A stretch of 64,000 nucleotides of DNA, taken from positions 864,001 through 928,000 of the forward strand of contig JAKFCY010000002.1 in assembly GCA_036676395.1 (NCBI GenBank), in the 5' to 3' direction. The notes beneath the pieces were generated by a model, which saw only the letters and a program-made list of their open reading frames with translations, had not been told where the DNA came from and did no database searches. The position numbers and the translations under genes are program-made. Shown here one piece after another: positions 1 through 10,230 of the stretch. Positions within the stretch are counted from its first letter, which is position 1, and every line of letters begins with the position of its first letter. Source of the stretch: Bdellovibrio sp. (GTDB lineage: Bacteria; Bdellovibrionota; Bdellovibrionia; Bdellovibrionales; Bdellovibrionaceae).

Positions 1-2
1 AG

Positions 3-779
3 CTCGGGGTTGCTATTCAGCGCCACTTTTTATCGCGCAGACTTGCAGAAGCACAACGTTTAAAAGATTCAGAAAAACTACATCAAACGTTATTAAATTC
101 TATTTCTCATGAAATGCGTACACCTTTGACCGCAATTTTAGGAGCGGCATCTGCATTAGAACAACAAAAAGTGGCTAATGATCCTGCTTATGTTCTAAGT
201 GTAGCCGAAGGTTTACATGAAGCTGCAGATCGTCTTAATCGTGTGATCGAAAACTTATTAGATATGAGTCGATTAAGTTCGGGCGTGTTATCATTGAAAT
301 TAGAGTGGCATGATATTAATGATTTATTAAGCGTGGTCGTTAAAAAACTAGAAAAGCCCTTAGCAAAGCATAAAATAAATATTCACTTTTTAAATGAAGT
401 CGTGCTTTTAAAAATGGATTTTCGTCTTATGGATCACGCGCTGGCGAATATTATTTTAAATGCGGCCATCTACACACCGGCTGGATCTGAAATCAATATC
501 AGTTTGAAAAAGTTAGAATCTGAATTTGTCATTAGTATTGAAGACAACGGTGCTGGAATTCCAGAAGACTCATTGTCTAAAATATTTGATAAATTCTACC
601 GCGTGCCTGGCAGTCCAACAGGCGGAACTGGTTTAGGGCTTTCGATTGTGAAAAGCATTATTGAATTACACCGCGGCGAAATTTATGTGGCTAATCTAAA
701 TCCGCACGGAGCTAAATTCACCATCACTCTGCCATTAGAAGACCAGCCAGCTATTCCAAAAGAAGGTTTAAATGGATAA
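3..779 (+). CDS. kdpD: Sensor histidine kinase KdpD, C-terminal part (5' truncated by window edge)
   Basis: Frame is open from the window start: LLNSISHEMRTPL H-box, N-box NIILNA, G1/F/G2 boxes (DNGAG, IFDKFYRV, GTGLGL); overlaps a KdpE-type regulator. Confidence 0.88.
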   Translation, partial: LGVAIQRHFLSRRLAEAQRLKDSEKLHQTLLNSISHEMRTPLTAILGAASALEQQKVANDPAYVLSVAEGLHEAADRLNRVIENLLDMSRLSSGVLSLKLEWHDINDLLSVVVKKLEKPLAKHKINIHFLNEVVLLKMDFRLMDHALANIILNAAIYTPAGSEINISLKKLESEFVISIEDNGAGIPEDSLSKIFDKFYRVPGSPTGGTGLGLSIVKSIIELHRGEIYVANLNPHGAKFTITLPLEDQPAIPKEGLNG

Positions 780-1455
780 AGAGATTCGCGTTTTAATTAT
801 TGATGACGAACAGGCTATTCGTAATGTTTTAAAAATGCACTTAGAAGCAAACAATTATAAAATCAGCGAAGCTGTTGATGGGAAAACTGGTGTTCAGCGT
901 ATTAATGAATTTCATCCGCATTTAGTTTTATTAGATTTAGGATTACCAGATATCAGTGGTTTGGATTTGTTAAAAGAAGTACGCAAATGGTCGCGTGTGC
1001 CGATTATCATTTTAACAGTCAGTGATGATGAGCAAACTAAAGTTAGTCTGTTGGATGCAGGTGCTGATGATTATTTAACAAAACCTTTTGGTGCCAAAGA
1101 ATTGTTGGCTCGTGTGCGGGTGGCTTTAAGAAATGTAGGGCTAATCGAGGCCACACCGGTTTTTAAATCTGATGAACTTGAAGTGGATTTGACATCTAAA
1201 AAAGTTTTAATGAAGGGTAAAGAAATTCACCTGACGTCAACTGAATATGAACTTTTAGCTCGCTTAGTTCGGGATCACGGTAAAGTGATTCCCCAGATGC
1301 AATTGCTAAAACAAATCTGGGGGCGCACTAGTACAGAAGATCAAAGTCACTACTTACGTATTTATATCAATCAATTACGAAAAAAGATTGAAACAAATCC
1401 CTCCGAGCCAAAACATATTCTGACAGAGCCAGGTGTAGGCTATCGGCTTATTTAA
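772..1455 (+). CDS. kdpE: OmpR-family response regulator KdpE
   Basis: Receiver (IIDDE, LLDLGLPD, DYLTKPF) plus winged helix with KdpE-typical HYLRIYINQLRKKIE...HILTEPGVGYR. Confidence 0.9.
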   Translation: MDKEIRVLIIDDEQAIRNVLKMHLEANNYKISEAVDGKTGVQRINEFHPHLVLLDLGLPDISGLDLLKEVRKWSRVPIIILTVSDDEQTKVSLLDAGADDYLTKPFGAKELLARVRVALRNVGLIEATPVFKSDELEVDLTSKKVLMKGKEIHLTSTEYELLARLVRDHGKVIPQMQLLKQIWGRTSTEDQSHYLRIYINQLRKKIETNPSEPKHILTEPGVGYRLI

Positions 1456-1504
1456 ATGCAGTTCATGATAAGTTAAAGTAATGATCAAATTGAGACAACG
1501 AAGT

Positions 1505-1531
1505 TAAGTAAATGTTAAATAATACCGATAA
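1505..1531 (+). promoter_or_regulatory. sigma28 (FliA)-like promoter
   Basis: TAAG-N15-ACCGATAA, 6 nt upstream of ATG 1538. Confidence 0.65.
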
Positions 1532-1537
1532 GTAGGT

Positions 1538-3205
1538 ATGCATTTTAGACTGAATTTAGTTCTTCTAATGATGTCATCTATATTCTTAATACAGTGTTCA
1601 GGTCAAAAACTTGATCTGTCAGGTGCTTCAAACTTAGGAGAAACAATTGTAGACGATGGCTCACGCGCCGATGGCAGCGATCTTGGTGCTATTTACAACG
1701 TAACAACCGTGGTGCAGGCCACGTCGGATATTCCAGAATGGTCTGATGCTGAATTGCCTTTTGCGCCCCCTTCGCGCGCCCGCCAAGCCCTGGGGCAAAA
1801 TTTTTCCGACACCCAGACGCCATTTAAATTTACTTACACGTACCCTGCGAATAATTACAAATTAAATACGGCGCACATCTTAATTGATACATCCCGAGAT
1901 AATTCAGACACTGAAGGGATTTTTGTCGACGGGGTTTTTACAGGCCGTGTGCCCGGAAGTATGGTCGGAACAAGCCCGCACATTATTCACAGACATTATG
2001 TGTGCGTGCAGCAAGTCTGTAATGGTGCTACCGCGCCGACCAATCCATCGAATACTTATTTCATGGACTGGTCACTCACACATTACAAACAAAACACCAT
2101 TAATACCTTTGATTTAGATTTAACAGATTTATTAGCGCCAACAAGTTTAACGGCAGTGGGTGTTGTTTCTGATGGCGTACTGCGTGTTGTTACCGGTGAT
2201 GATTCGCCGGTTTATAAAGCCTTGTTAGTTATGGACGGGATTACGATTTCTAAAACTCCGTTAGCGTGCTCGAATTCTCCGACTTATACTTTTTCTAATG
2301 TTTACATTCACAATGATGGCAATAGTATTGCGCAAGCTGCATTTTCTGGTTCAGTGGTCGCACCTAATACTTCGTGGTCAGCGAATCAAGCAGGCTTTCG
2401 TTCTGTCGAATTTTATTTTGATCCAAAGCTTCCGAATGTAAGTTCGTTGGATTTTATCACAATTTCATCAGCAACAGTAAGTTTACGAGTAAAGAGGCAA
2501 GCCTCAAGTACAGCAGCAATTGTTGTTAATGGTGTTGGTATTGCACAAGCAGGTTTTGATCGCAGCACAGCCACTGTGGGCGTTGAACGTTGGATAGAAA
2601 CTGCGCCAGCCATTGATGCGTGGACTAACTTTGTAAATGCAATTCCTGCAACTAATACAGATACAACAGTCACATTAAATTTGGTTCAGATTTTTGGCGT
2701 GAGCGAAATGAAAAATTTAATAGCGCAAGGAAAGTTAAATATTTCTTTGGCCGGAAGCATGGCAACAGCGTATGGCCAAGCTGCGACTTCGGGGCGCACC
2801 TACAGTGTTACAGTTGCAGGCCCAGAACTTACCTTGTCTGGATCTTTTTACACCGAAATTTGTGCTGTGCCAGATAACCCGACTTCGCCCCTTAGTGATG
2901 ATGGCGAAGTGCCAACAGGTTTAGATCAGGCTAGCCCGATCGTGACGTCAATTCAGGTTGTGAACATCACGCAAAATTCGGCCACGATCCAGTGGTTAAC
3001 CAATGAACCAGCAACAACACAAGTGGGTTATGGTATTGGTAATACAGACACTAATACAACACTAGATTCATCGTTATCTACTTTTCACAGCGTGACGATC
3101 ACCGGATTAAGCGCCTACAAATTTTATACTTATGTCGTTAAATCACAAGATGGCAGCAGCAATTTAACTATTTCTAGTGCTAAAGTTTTTAGGACACAAC
3201 GATAA
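1538..3205 (+). CDS. Secreted beta-rich probable lipoprotein with C-terminal fibronectin type III-like domain
   Basis: Signal peptide ending IQ-C; S/T-rich beta sequence; C-terminal SATIQWLTNEPATTQVGYG...HSVTITGL...YTYVVKSQD FN3 pattern. Confidence 0.7.
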   Translation: MHFRLNLVLLMMSSIFLIQCSGQKLDLSGASNLGETIVDDGSRADGSDLGAIYNVTTVVQATSDIPEWSDAELPFAPPSRARQALGQNFSDTQTPFKFTYTYPANNYKLNTAHILIDTSRDNSDTEGIFVDGVFTGRVPGSMVGTSPHIIHRHYVCVQQVCNGATAPTNPSNTYFMDWSLTHYKQNTINTFDLDLTDLLAPTSLTAVGVVSDGVLRVVTGDDSPVYKALLVMDGITISKTPLACSNSPTYTFSNVYIHNDGNSIAQAAFSGSVVAPNTSWSANQAGFRSVEFYFDPKLPNVSSLDFITISSATVSLRVKRQASSTAAIVVNGVGIAQAGFDRSTATVGVERWIETAPAIDAWTNFVNAIPATNTDTTVTLNLVQIFGVSEMKNLIAQGKLNISLAGSMATAYGQAATSGRTYSVTVAGPELTLSGSFYTEICAVPDNPTSPLSDDGEVPTGLDQASPIVTSIQVVNITQNSATIQWLTNEPATTQVGYGIGNTDTNTTLDSSLSTFHSVTITGLSAYKFYTYVVKSQDGSSNLTISSAKVFRTQR

Positions 3206-3741
3206 TGAAAACAGCTAATTATTTTTTCGTTTTAATATTAAGTTTATTTATTTCAGGCACAGCCTTTGCGCAAGCTAAGCGAGTCTATCGTACTTCACTT
3301 AGTTTGATTCCTTTGACGACGTCAACCAAACAAGCGGGCAATGGCCCTGAGGGCAGCACGATAATGAGCCAATTTGAATTTGGTGTTCACCAGCCTTTTT
3401 GGGGTTATGGCCTTTTCTATCAGTATGACCAGCATGGCGATTTTCAAAAAGATTTAGGCCTTGGCTTAAAATTAGAAGCTACTTATAAAGCGATGTATGT
3501 GGATGTAGGTTATCTTTTAAATGTGCAAAGAGTTTACGATGACCGCACTTATGAAAAAGAAACCGGTGATGGCTATTATTTCGGGCTAGGTGCACGAGTA
3601 GAATTAGGTAAAAATTATTTCTTTAATTTAACTTATAAATACCGCGTGCATAATATTAAAAAACAAGACGACACTTCATTGTCAGATCCCATTGTACAGA
3701 CTGATTCTTATCCGCTGTTAGGCTTGGGAGTCAGTTTCTGA
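3205..3741 (+). CDS. Small outer-membrane beta-barrel protein
   Basis: Signal peptide (AFA-Q), alternating aromatic/Gly strands, C-terminal LGLGVSF beta-signal. Confidence 0.7.
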   Translation: MKTANYFFVLILSLFISGTAFAQAKRVYRTSLSLIPLTTSTKQAGNGPEGSTIMSQFEFGVHQPFWGYGLFYQYDQHGDFQKDLGLGLKLEATYKAMYVDVGYLLNVQRVYDDRTYEKETGDGYYFGLGARVELGKNYFFNLTYKYRVHNIKKQDDTSLSDPIVQTDSYPLLGLGVSF

Positions 3742-4559
3742 GAAACATAATTCTTGCAGTTTTATTTTTGAGTACTTTAAGTTGTGGCAAAAGACCGGCA
3801 GAGCTTTTACGTTTGCAGCAAGCTTATCCCGAAGACTTTCCAATTTATGCGACAGTCGGTGATGGCACCGGACGAATTTGGCAGATTGATCGCGACGGAA
3901 CCAAAACTGAATTTGTATCGGGATTAAGTGATCCGCAAGGTCTTGCCACTGATGGTAAAGGAAATCTCTTTGTGGTTGAGCAGGGGGCTTCGCGATTACT
4001 GCGTTTTGATATTGCCAGTAAAGCACAAACCGTTGTGGCCTCGGGGCTTTCAGTTCCAACCAGCGTGTCTATTGATTCTAAAGGCGAAGTTTATGTCAAT
4101 GAAGAAGGGGCAAATCGAATTCAGAAAATTTCTGACGCTTCAACGTTTGCCAGTTTTTCGAGTGCACCATCAGCTTTTATTTTTGGTCTCGGTGATCAGC
4201 CGATAATTGGTTTTTTTAATTTGAACAGCACGCAGTGGGGATTAGATGGGGCCACGCAGTTTAGCATTCAAAAACCGATTGCCATGGCTAAAGATATATT
4301 AGGCCGAGTTTATGTTTCGGAAGGAACAGATTCTGGCTCACGTATTATTCGCATTGGCCCAACACAAAGTGATAGCACTGAAGTGGTGGTTAATGGTTTA
4401 AATGGAGCTTTTGGTGTGATTATTGATCGCAGCGGAAATCTGTTTGTGGCCGAGACCGCTGAATCGCGTATTGTATTCGTGACACAAAATAATCAACTGT
4501 ATAAATTTGTCGATTTAACCGCGCCACTGTATATGACAATGACGCGTGTTCTTGAGTAA
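3738..4559 (+). CDS. NHL/beta-propeller repeat probable lipoprotein (probable CTG start at 3738; ORF track start 3768)
   Basis: Repeats of GL.xP.GLA.D..GNLFV.E; extending to CTG gives the signal MRNIILAVLFLSTLS-C. Confidence 0.7.
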   Translation: MRNIILAVLFLSTLSCGKRPAELLRLQQAYPEDFPIYATVGDGTGRIWQIDRDGTKTEFVSGLSDPQGLATDGKGNLFVVEQGASRLLRFDIASKAQTVVASGLSVPTSVSIDSKGEVYVNEEGANRIQKISDASTFASFSSAPSAFIFGLGDQPIIGFFNLNSTQWGLDGATQFSIQKPIAMAKDILGRVYVSEGTDSGSRIIRIGPTQSDSTEVVVNGLNGAFGVIIDRSGNLFVAETAESRIVFVTQNNQLYKFVDLTAPLYMTMTRVLE

Positions 4560-5702
4560 CTAGACTCTCATCATAGTTTCATTTGAAAATTTGTTACGCT
4601 TGTAAGGCAAAGAACTCATCAGAGTTTTAATCTCTAAGTCTTTCATATCTTCGAAAGTTTGATCCCAGGATTTACTATCTAAATAGTCATCAACTTTTTT
4701 AAGCCACTCTGGGTTTTGTTTGGTTTTCATGACTTCTTCACAAGCCGCTAAAAAACAAGTCGCGGTCCTTGCCGTTTTTACTAAACCTAGAGGTTCATAC
4801 GTTTCAATAAGAATATCTTGCGGCGTTGCGACCACCGGGCGGCCTGTGGCTAAGTACTCATACATCTGGGTGGTTGTGTTCGTGTTTTTATCTTCTTTGT
4901 AGGGCGCGATAGTGACATCCCAACCGGCAAAATAATGCGGAAGGTATTTGTAATCTTTGCGACCAAAGAAATAAATATTTGGTCTGCGCGGAAGATCATT
5001 GTAACAACTGCCAACCATTGGGCCGACTAAAATAATATTCCAGCTCGGGCGGTAATCTGCCAGGTCAGTGAGTAAATCAAAATTAAGCTGATTGCTGATT
5101 TCTCCGCAAAATCCAAGTTTTGGTCCTGAAATCTTTTTCTGATCCAGGGGTTCATTCACAAGCCGCGCTTGACGAAAGTGTGCCAGATCAATGCTGTTTG
5201 GAAAATTATGTATATTGTGATGTTGGCTTTTTCTATGCGAGTAAAGTTTTTCATTCGCGGCAAAAACCAAATCTGCTTTTTCTAAAAGTTCGATTTCATG
5301 AATCGATAATTCTGAAGGTTTTTCAGAATTGGTTTCTTTAACGCAATCATAAATCGTACTGATCGGTGATAGGTGGCGACTATAATTAATAGCATCAGCT
5401 GAATCATACCTTACTGAAAAATTAATAATAAATTCATCTTCGATAAGGTCATCGACCACGCGTTTCATCGCTTCAGTGACTTCCTTAGAGGTCAGATCTG
5501 CTGGCAATACGGGTTTGATCACTTCAACGCCGTTTTCAACAAAGACTTTGCGATAACTGATTTGAGTCGTGTCTGTAAAAAGTGGCTCTTCAACAAAAAA
5601 GACTCGGCGATATTTTGCATATCTTGAAAGTAAATGTTGCGTACGTTGATAAACAAAGCCCCAGCGAGTTTGAGAAAATGCTAACAGATCATTCTTAATC
5701 AT
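4560..5702 (-). CDS. GT-B fold glycosyltransferase (group 1-like)
   Basis: WGFVYQRTQHL...VFFVEEP, IYDC, ADLVF, PNIYFFG, YEYLATGRPVVAT; G-rich RBS before ATG 5702. Confidence 0.8.
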   Translation of the reverse strand: MIKNDLLAFSQTRWGFVYQRTQHLLSRYAKYRRVFFVEEPLFTDTTQISYRKVFVENGVEVIKPVLPADLTSKEVTEAMKRVVDDLIEDEFIINFSVRYDSADAINYSRHLSPISTIYDCVKETNSEKPSELSIHEIELLEKADLVFAANEKLYSHRKSQHHNIHNFPNSIDLAHFRQARLVNEPLDQKKISGPKLGFCGEISNQLNFDLLTDLADYRPSWNIILVGPMVGSCYNDLPRRPNIYFFGRKDYKYLPHYFAGWDVTIAPYKEDKNTNTTTQMYEYLATGRPVVATPQDILIETYEPLGLVKTARTATCFLAACEEVMKTKQNPEWLKKVDDYLDSKSWDQTFEDMKDLEIKTLMSSLPYKRNKFSNETMMRV

Positions 5703-5745
5703 AATGTATCCCCCAATTAAAACGAACAAGTGATGTGGGGTGATT

Positions 5746-5762
5746 TGCACTATAAATGCCAA
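5746..5762 (-). promoter_or_regulatory. sigma54-like promoter for the glycosyltransferase
   Basis: Minus strand TTGGCATTTATAGTGCA = GG-N10-GC. Confidence 0.55.
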
Positions 5763-5811
5763 TAAGAATCGGCTTTGTAGCGGTTACGAAAAATCTATTC
5801 GGGGTGAATTC

Positions 5812-5833
5812 GGCATTCTGATACCAGAATGCC
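5812..5833 (-). terminator. Hairpin, probable terminator of the 5849-7843 gene
   Basis: GGCATTCTG-ATAC-CAGAATGCC perfect 9-bp stem just after the stop codon; weak U tract. Confidence 0.5.
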
Positions 5834-5848
5834 CCAAGCTAAAGATTG

Positions 5849-7843
5849 TTAGTGCGTTTGGATGAGTGTTCCGTTTTTAAGAATAAGTTCTTCTAAGTTA
5901 TACGGAGAACCATCTTCTTTTAAGAAGTTTCTTAAGTTGTATGAACGATCTAAGATATAGTTGTTTTGATCGATAATGTATTTAAATAAATTAATGCGAT
6001 TAAAACTTTCTTCTGATGGGTATTTTTGTACGCCTGAACCCATCTCGTGACCCGAGAAAGAAAACTGCACTAAAATACATTCGGGTACCGTTTCTTCGTT
6101 AATCACGTTAGCAAAGATCGCTAAACCATAGTCTCCGAACAGATCATTTTTAAGAGATAACTGATCAAAAAGTTTAAACTTATCATTTAAAGGAACTCCG
6201 GCGCTAAAAATGTAAGTTAAGCTGTTAATGATTTCATGTCTTTCTTTTTTGTCGACTTTATTTTGTAGTGATTTAATAGCGCTAAATAATTTATCTACTC
6301 GCTGTTCGATCATATCGCGGCTAAGATTTTGATTTAATTCAAAAATTTTATTAGTCACATAAAGTTCAAAGTTAACATATGAATTGTGATATTTATCACG
6401 CACAGATTTGCCTTCATGCGGAAACTTAATCACATTTTTAATAGCTTTTGGCATGTGTTGGCCAGTGGTCTCGTAAAATTCTAAATATTTTTTCTGGCGA
6501 AGGCTATAGTGTCTGCGCGATTTTGAAAAGTGAACGCCGACAACGCTTGTTTTGTTGTCTTGGCTATCTGCTTTAAATAATAGATTTAATTGTGAACGTT
6601 TTTCTTTTTCCCAGTTGTCAAAAAGGCTGAATTCGCTGTTTTTACCTACAGAATGTAAGAAATAGTTTTCTTTATCGTCTGCTTGATCACCAACAACTGC
6701 GATTTGGGCGTCAGATGAGTTATTGTTTCTTGTGTATTTAACTAAACGAATTAGGTTAAACGTGCTTGAGCTTTCATCTGCTTCTGTATGGTTTTCAGCG
6801 TTGATGATTTTGATCACGCGTTTTTTATTATCGGCTAAGTTTTTATCTGCGGCTGCGATTGCGTTAAATTGCGAAAGATCAGCAAATAGATTCTCATTAA
6901 ACTGACGGCGGTCTTTTAAGAATTGTGATGCTGAAATATATTCGCGCACTAAATCTACATTAAAGATTTTCATTTTTTGCGCAACGATAGAATCATAAAG
7001 ATTACGCGCATCTGTAGAATCAAGATTTAAAACATAATCACCTAAGTAAAGATCGGTCGTGCGATCAGTGGTAGATCCTGTAAAGATACGGTCATCTAAT
7101 AGTTTTTCAACAACCAGTGAAGTCACCGGATCGTGAGTAAATAATTTAACACCGGCAAACCAACCGCGGTTTTTATCGTTCACGGCGATGATTTTTAAAC
7201 GGATCAAGTTATCGCTCATGCGAAAGATCTGAATGTCAAATTCGCCATTAATAAAATAGCGGTAGCCTGCATTTAACGGAAGACTTGCGCCTAAGGTTTT
7301 TAAAATATTGGCACTGGCTTCAAATACAAGCGGAATACGGTAACCGATAAAATCGCCAGTTTTAAAAACTAATTGGCCATTATCACGGCGAAAGAAATCC
7401 TGCGCTGAACGCGGAATTTTTGTTACCGGATCATACGGTAAGCGCAATAAAGAGTCTTTACGGTTTTTAAATTGCTGAATATAAGTGATTTGCTTTTTAG
7501 CACTCACGCCAACATGCACAGGCAGATCGTAATTAAAAATGCGTGAATCAATACCGGCTTTGACTTCCCAGATATCAATACCTGAGTAGTTTTGTGCGAC
7601 AGATGGATTAGAAATAAATTTATATTGTCCGCCAATTTCGATACCGTGAAATAACTCAATTGAAGGAAGGTTTACTTTCTGAGTTAATTTTGAACTGCGG
7701 ATAGAATCTAAAAAATCAGCCCAGATACCATCATTTTTTTTAACTTCGGTTTTGCTGACATCTGCATTTTGCGCAAAAGCTATATTGGCCGTTAAAAGTA
7801 AGGCAGCTGTAAAAGCTTTAAACATGTTCTGGGTCTGTTTCAT
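5849..7843 (-). CDS. Secreted hypothetical protein (664 aa)
   Basis: Long ORF, signal peptide (AFA-Q), AAGGA RBS; no recognisable motif. Confidence 0.75.
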   Translation of the reverse strand: MKQTQNMFKAFTAALLLTANIAFAQNADVSKTEVKKNDGIWADFLDSIRSSKLTQKVNLPSIELFHGIEIGGQYKFISNPSVAQNYSGIDIWEVKAGIDSRIFNYDLPVHVGVSAKKQITYIQQFKNRKDSLLRLPYDPVTKIPRSAQDFFRRDNGQLVFKTGDFIGYRIPLVFEASANILKTLGASLPLNAGYRYFINGEFDIQIFRMSDNLIRLKIIAVNDKNRGWFAGVKLFTHDPVTSLVVEKLLDDRIFTGSTTDRTTDLYLGDYVLNLDSTDARNLYDSIVAQKMKIFNVDLVREYISASQFLKDRRQFNENLFADLSQFNAIAAADKNLADNKKRVIKIINAENHTEADESSSTFNLIRLVKYTRNNNSSDAQIAVVGDQADDKENYFLHSVGKNSEFSLFDNWEKEKRSQLNLLFKADSQDNKTSVVGVHFSKSRRHYSLRQKKYLEFYETTGQHMPKAIKNVIKFPHEGKSVRDKYHNSYVNFELYVTNKIFELNQNLSRDMIEQRVDKLFSAIKSLQNKVDKKERHEIINSLTYIFSAGVPLNDKFKLFDQLSLKNDLFGDYGLAIFANVINEETVPECILVQFSFSGHEMGSGVQKYPSEESFNRINLFKYIIDQNNYILDRSYNLRNFLKEDGSPYNLEELILKNGTLIQTH

Positions 7844-7946
7844 ACGTATATCCTTTTTAAAATAGGGATTTATTCACATTTTATTAAAATGCGATAAATA
7901 GACCAAGATCCGTTGACATATGTAAATTATATGTAAATATAGAGGG

Positions 7947-9176
7947 ATGAACCCTACTCAAAGCCTTATTAAGTATTTATTAGTGGATTTGAATTCCTTC
8001 TTTGCCTCTTGCGAGCAGCAGGATAATCCCAAGCTTCGTAATAGGCCGATAGCTGTGGTTCCGATGCTTACAGACAGCACCAGTGTGATTGCCTCCAGCA
8101 TTGAGGCTAAGCGTAAAGGCGTAAAAACTGGAACTCGAGTCAGCGATGCTAAAAAGATGTGTCCGGGGATTATCTTTATCGAAGGTCATCACAAACGTTA
8201 CACTGAATACCATCATAAAATAGTTAAAGCGGTGAATGAAGTTTGTCCGGTCGAAAAAGTTTTATCTATAGATGAGGTGGCTTGCGAACTTATCGGCCGT
8301 GAGATGGTTGAATCAACGGCTATCGAAATTGCCAAAAAAATTAAAACCCATATTTTGCAAACTGTCGGCGATTGTCTGACGACATCTATCGGTCTTGGCC
8401 CGAATATTATGATTGCGAAGATGGCTTCAGATTTAGTGAAGCCTGATGGATTAGTTTCTGTACCTGCAGAAAAAATCGGGCAAACCTTTGATCATCTGCC
8501 CATCGAAATTATTTCGGGTGTGGGTCATAACATGAAAAGAAATTTAAACGCCAAAGGTTTTCACACCGTCGGGCAGCTGCGCGCGCTTTCGCCGCAACAA
8601 CTGCGTACTGTGTGGGGCGGGATTGTGGGTCTTCGGTTATCTGAAGAATTGGCAGGACGGAATATTCACCGCGCAGAAACCGTAACAAAAGGAATGTCGC
8701 ACGAACATGTGCTGCCGCCGCAATTGCGGCATCCACAAGGAGCTACCGAGATTTTATTAAAGCTTGCGACAAAACTTTCGGCGCGTCTGCGCGAGGGAAA
8801 TCAAAAATGCAAAACTTTAAATGTCTATATGAAAGACCAATACGGTCTGGATAGTTTAGAAAAATCGGTTTCTTTTTCTGAAACAAATGATACTTTTTTT
8901 ATTTTGCAGCAGGTTAAAAATTTGACCAAAGCAGGTGCGCCAGAGCGTCCTTTAAAAGTGGCTGTGTCAGTTTCTGGTTTAACGAATGCGAATGAAGAAC
9001 AGCTTAGCTTATTTGCTGACCCGAAAACGCAAAAGCTGGGTCATATTATGGATGTGATTAATAAAAAGTATGGTCCGAATACTTTAATCCCTGCTGAATT
9101 TCTTGATGTGACCGATCAGGCGAAGGTGCGAATTTCGTTTAGTCATATTCCTAAATTAGAAGATGAATTTGAGTGA
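7947..9176 (+). CDS. dinB: Y-family DNA polymerase IV (DinB/DinP)
   Basis: VDLNSFFASCE, SIDE catalytic motif, AKMASDLVKPDG, clamp-binding QLSLF. Confidence 0.88.
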   Translation: MNPTQSLIKYLLVDLNSFFASCEQQDNPKLRNRPIAVVPMLTDSTSVIASSIEAKRKGVKTGTRVSDAKKMCPGIIFIEGHHKRYTEYHHKIVKAVNEVCPVEKVLSIDEVACELIGREMVESTAIEIAKKIKTHILQTVGDCLTTSIGLGPNIMIAKMASDLVKPDGLVSVPAEKIGQTFDHLPIEIISGVGHNMKRNLNAKGFHTVGQLRALSPQQLRTVWGGIVGLRLSEELAGRNIHRAETVTKGMSHEHVLPPQLRHPQGATEILLKLATKLSARLREGNQKCKTLNVYMKDQYGLDSLEKSVSFSETNDTFFILQQVKNLTKAGAPERPLKVAVSVSGLTNANEEQLSLFADPKTQKLGHIMDVINKKYGPNTLIPAEFLDVTDQAKVRISFSHIPKLEDEFE

Positions 9177-9199
9177 GTTTGGGATTAGGGTAATGACGA

Positions 9200-9246
9200 A
9201 GCTACCATCCTTGGCGGGCTTCTGACGGCGTCGTGCCGTCAGATCA
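9200..9246. repeat. 47-bp dispersed hairpin repeat, copy 1
   Basis: 43/47 identical to 16464-16510; stem TCTGACGGC/GCCGTCAGA. Confidence 0.85.
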
Positions 9247-9273
9247 AGGGGAATTTTTTAGGAAGGTTTTTTT

Positions 9274-10230
9274 ATGGAGTATCGTCGTTTAGGTCAGTGT
9301 GGTCTTAAGGTTTCTGCTTTATCTTTTGGGTCTTGGGTTACGTTTTCAAATCAGGTAGATACAAAACTTGCGGCTAACTGTATGGCTGCGGCTTATGAGC
9401 ATGGTGTGAATTTTTTTGACAATGCTGAAGTTTATGCCGGTGGAAAATCCGAAACTATTATGGGCGAAGTTCTAAAAAAATTAGAATGGCCTCGTTTGAA
9501 ATATATTGTTTCGACAAAATTTTTCTGGGGCATTACTGATGGTCCGAATGAACGTAATACTTTAAATCGTAAATATTTATTAAATGGAATCACAGGTTCA
9601 CTTAAACGTTTGCAAATGGATTATGTGGATCTTGTCTACTGTCATAGACCTGATCCTAATACGCCTATCGAAGAAACTGTCTGGGCGATGCATGATATGA
9701 TCGAACGTGGTTATGCTTTGTATTGGGGAACATCTGAATGGAATGCTTCTGAGATTGATCAAGCTTATCAAATCGCTGAAAAATATCACCTACGTAAACC
9801 AGTGGTTGAGCAACCGCAGTATAACTTATTATGGCGTGATCATGTTGAAAAAGAGTTGGCTCCGATTTTTGATAAATATGGTACGGGGTTAACAACTTGG
9901 TCACCGTTAGCTTCGGGTTTATTAACTGGAAAATACTTAGGCGGAAATGTTCCTGAAGGGTCACGCTTAAGTTTAGAAAGTTTAGGCTGGTTAAAAGAAG
10001 ATGCACTAAGCACTGAAAAAACCGAGAAGGTAAAAAAGTTTGTTGGTATCGCTAAAGAGTATGCTTTTGACCCAGCACAATTGGCTCTTGCTTGGTGTTT
10101 AAAGAATAAAAATGTAAGCACTGTGATCACTGGCGCTTCAAAAGTAGAACAAGTCCATCACAATATGAAAGCGATGGATCTTGTTGCTAAAATTGATGCT
10201 GAACTTTTAAAGAAATTGAACTCGATCTAG
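9274..10230 (+). CDS. Aldo/keto reductase, Kv-beta-like subfamily
   Basis: [51 protein letters not shown]. Confidence 0.92.
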   Translation: MEYRRLGQCGLKVSALSFGSWVTFSNQVDTKLAANCMAAAYEHGVNFFDNAEVYAGGKSETIMGEVLKKLEWPRLKYIVSTKFFWGITDGPNERNTLNRKYLLNGITGSLKRLQMDYVDLVYCHRPDPNTPIEETVWAMHDMIERGYALYWGTSEWNASEIDQAYQIAEKYHLRKPVVEQPQYNLLWRDHVEKELAPIFDKYGTGLTTWSPLASGLLTGKYLGGNVPEGSRLSLESLGWLKEDALSTEKTEKVKKFVGIAKEYAFDPAQLALAWCLKNKNVSTVITGASKVEQVHHNMKAMDLVAKIDAELLKKLNSI

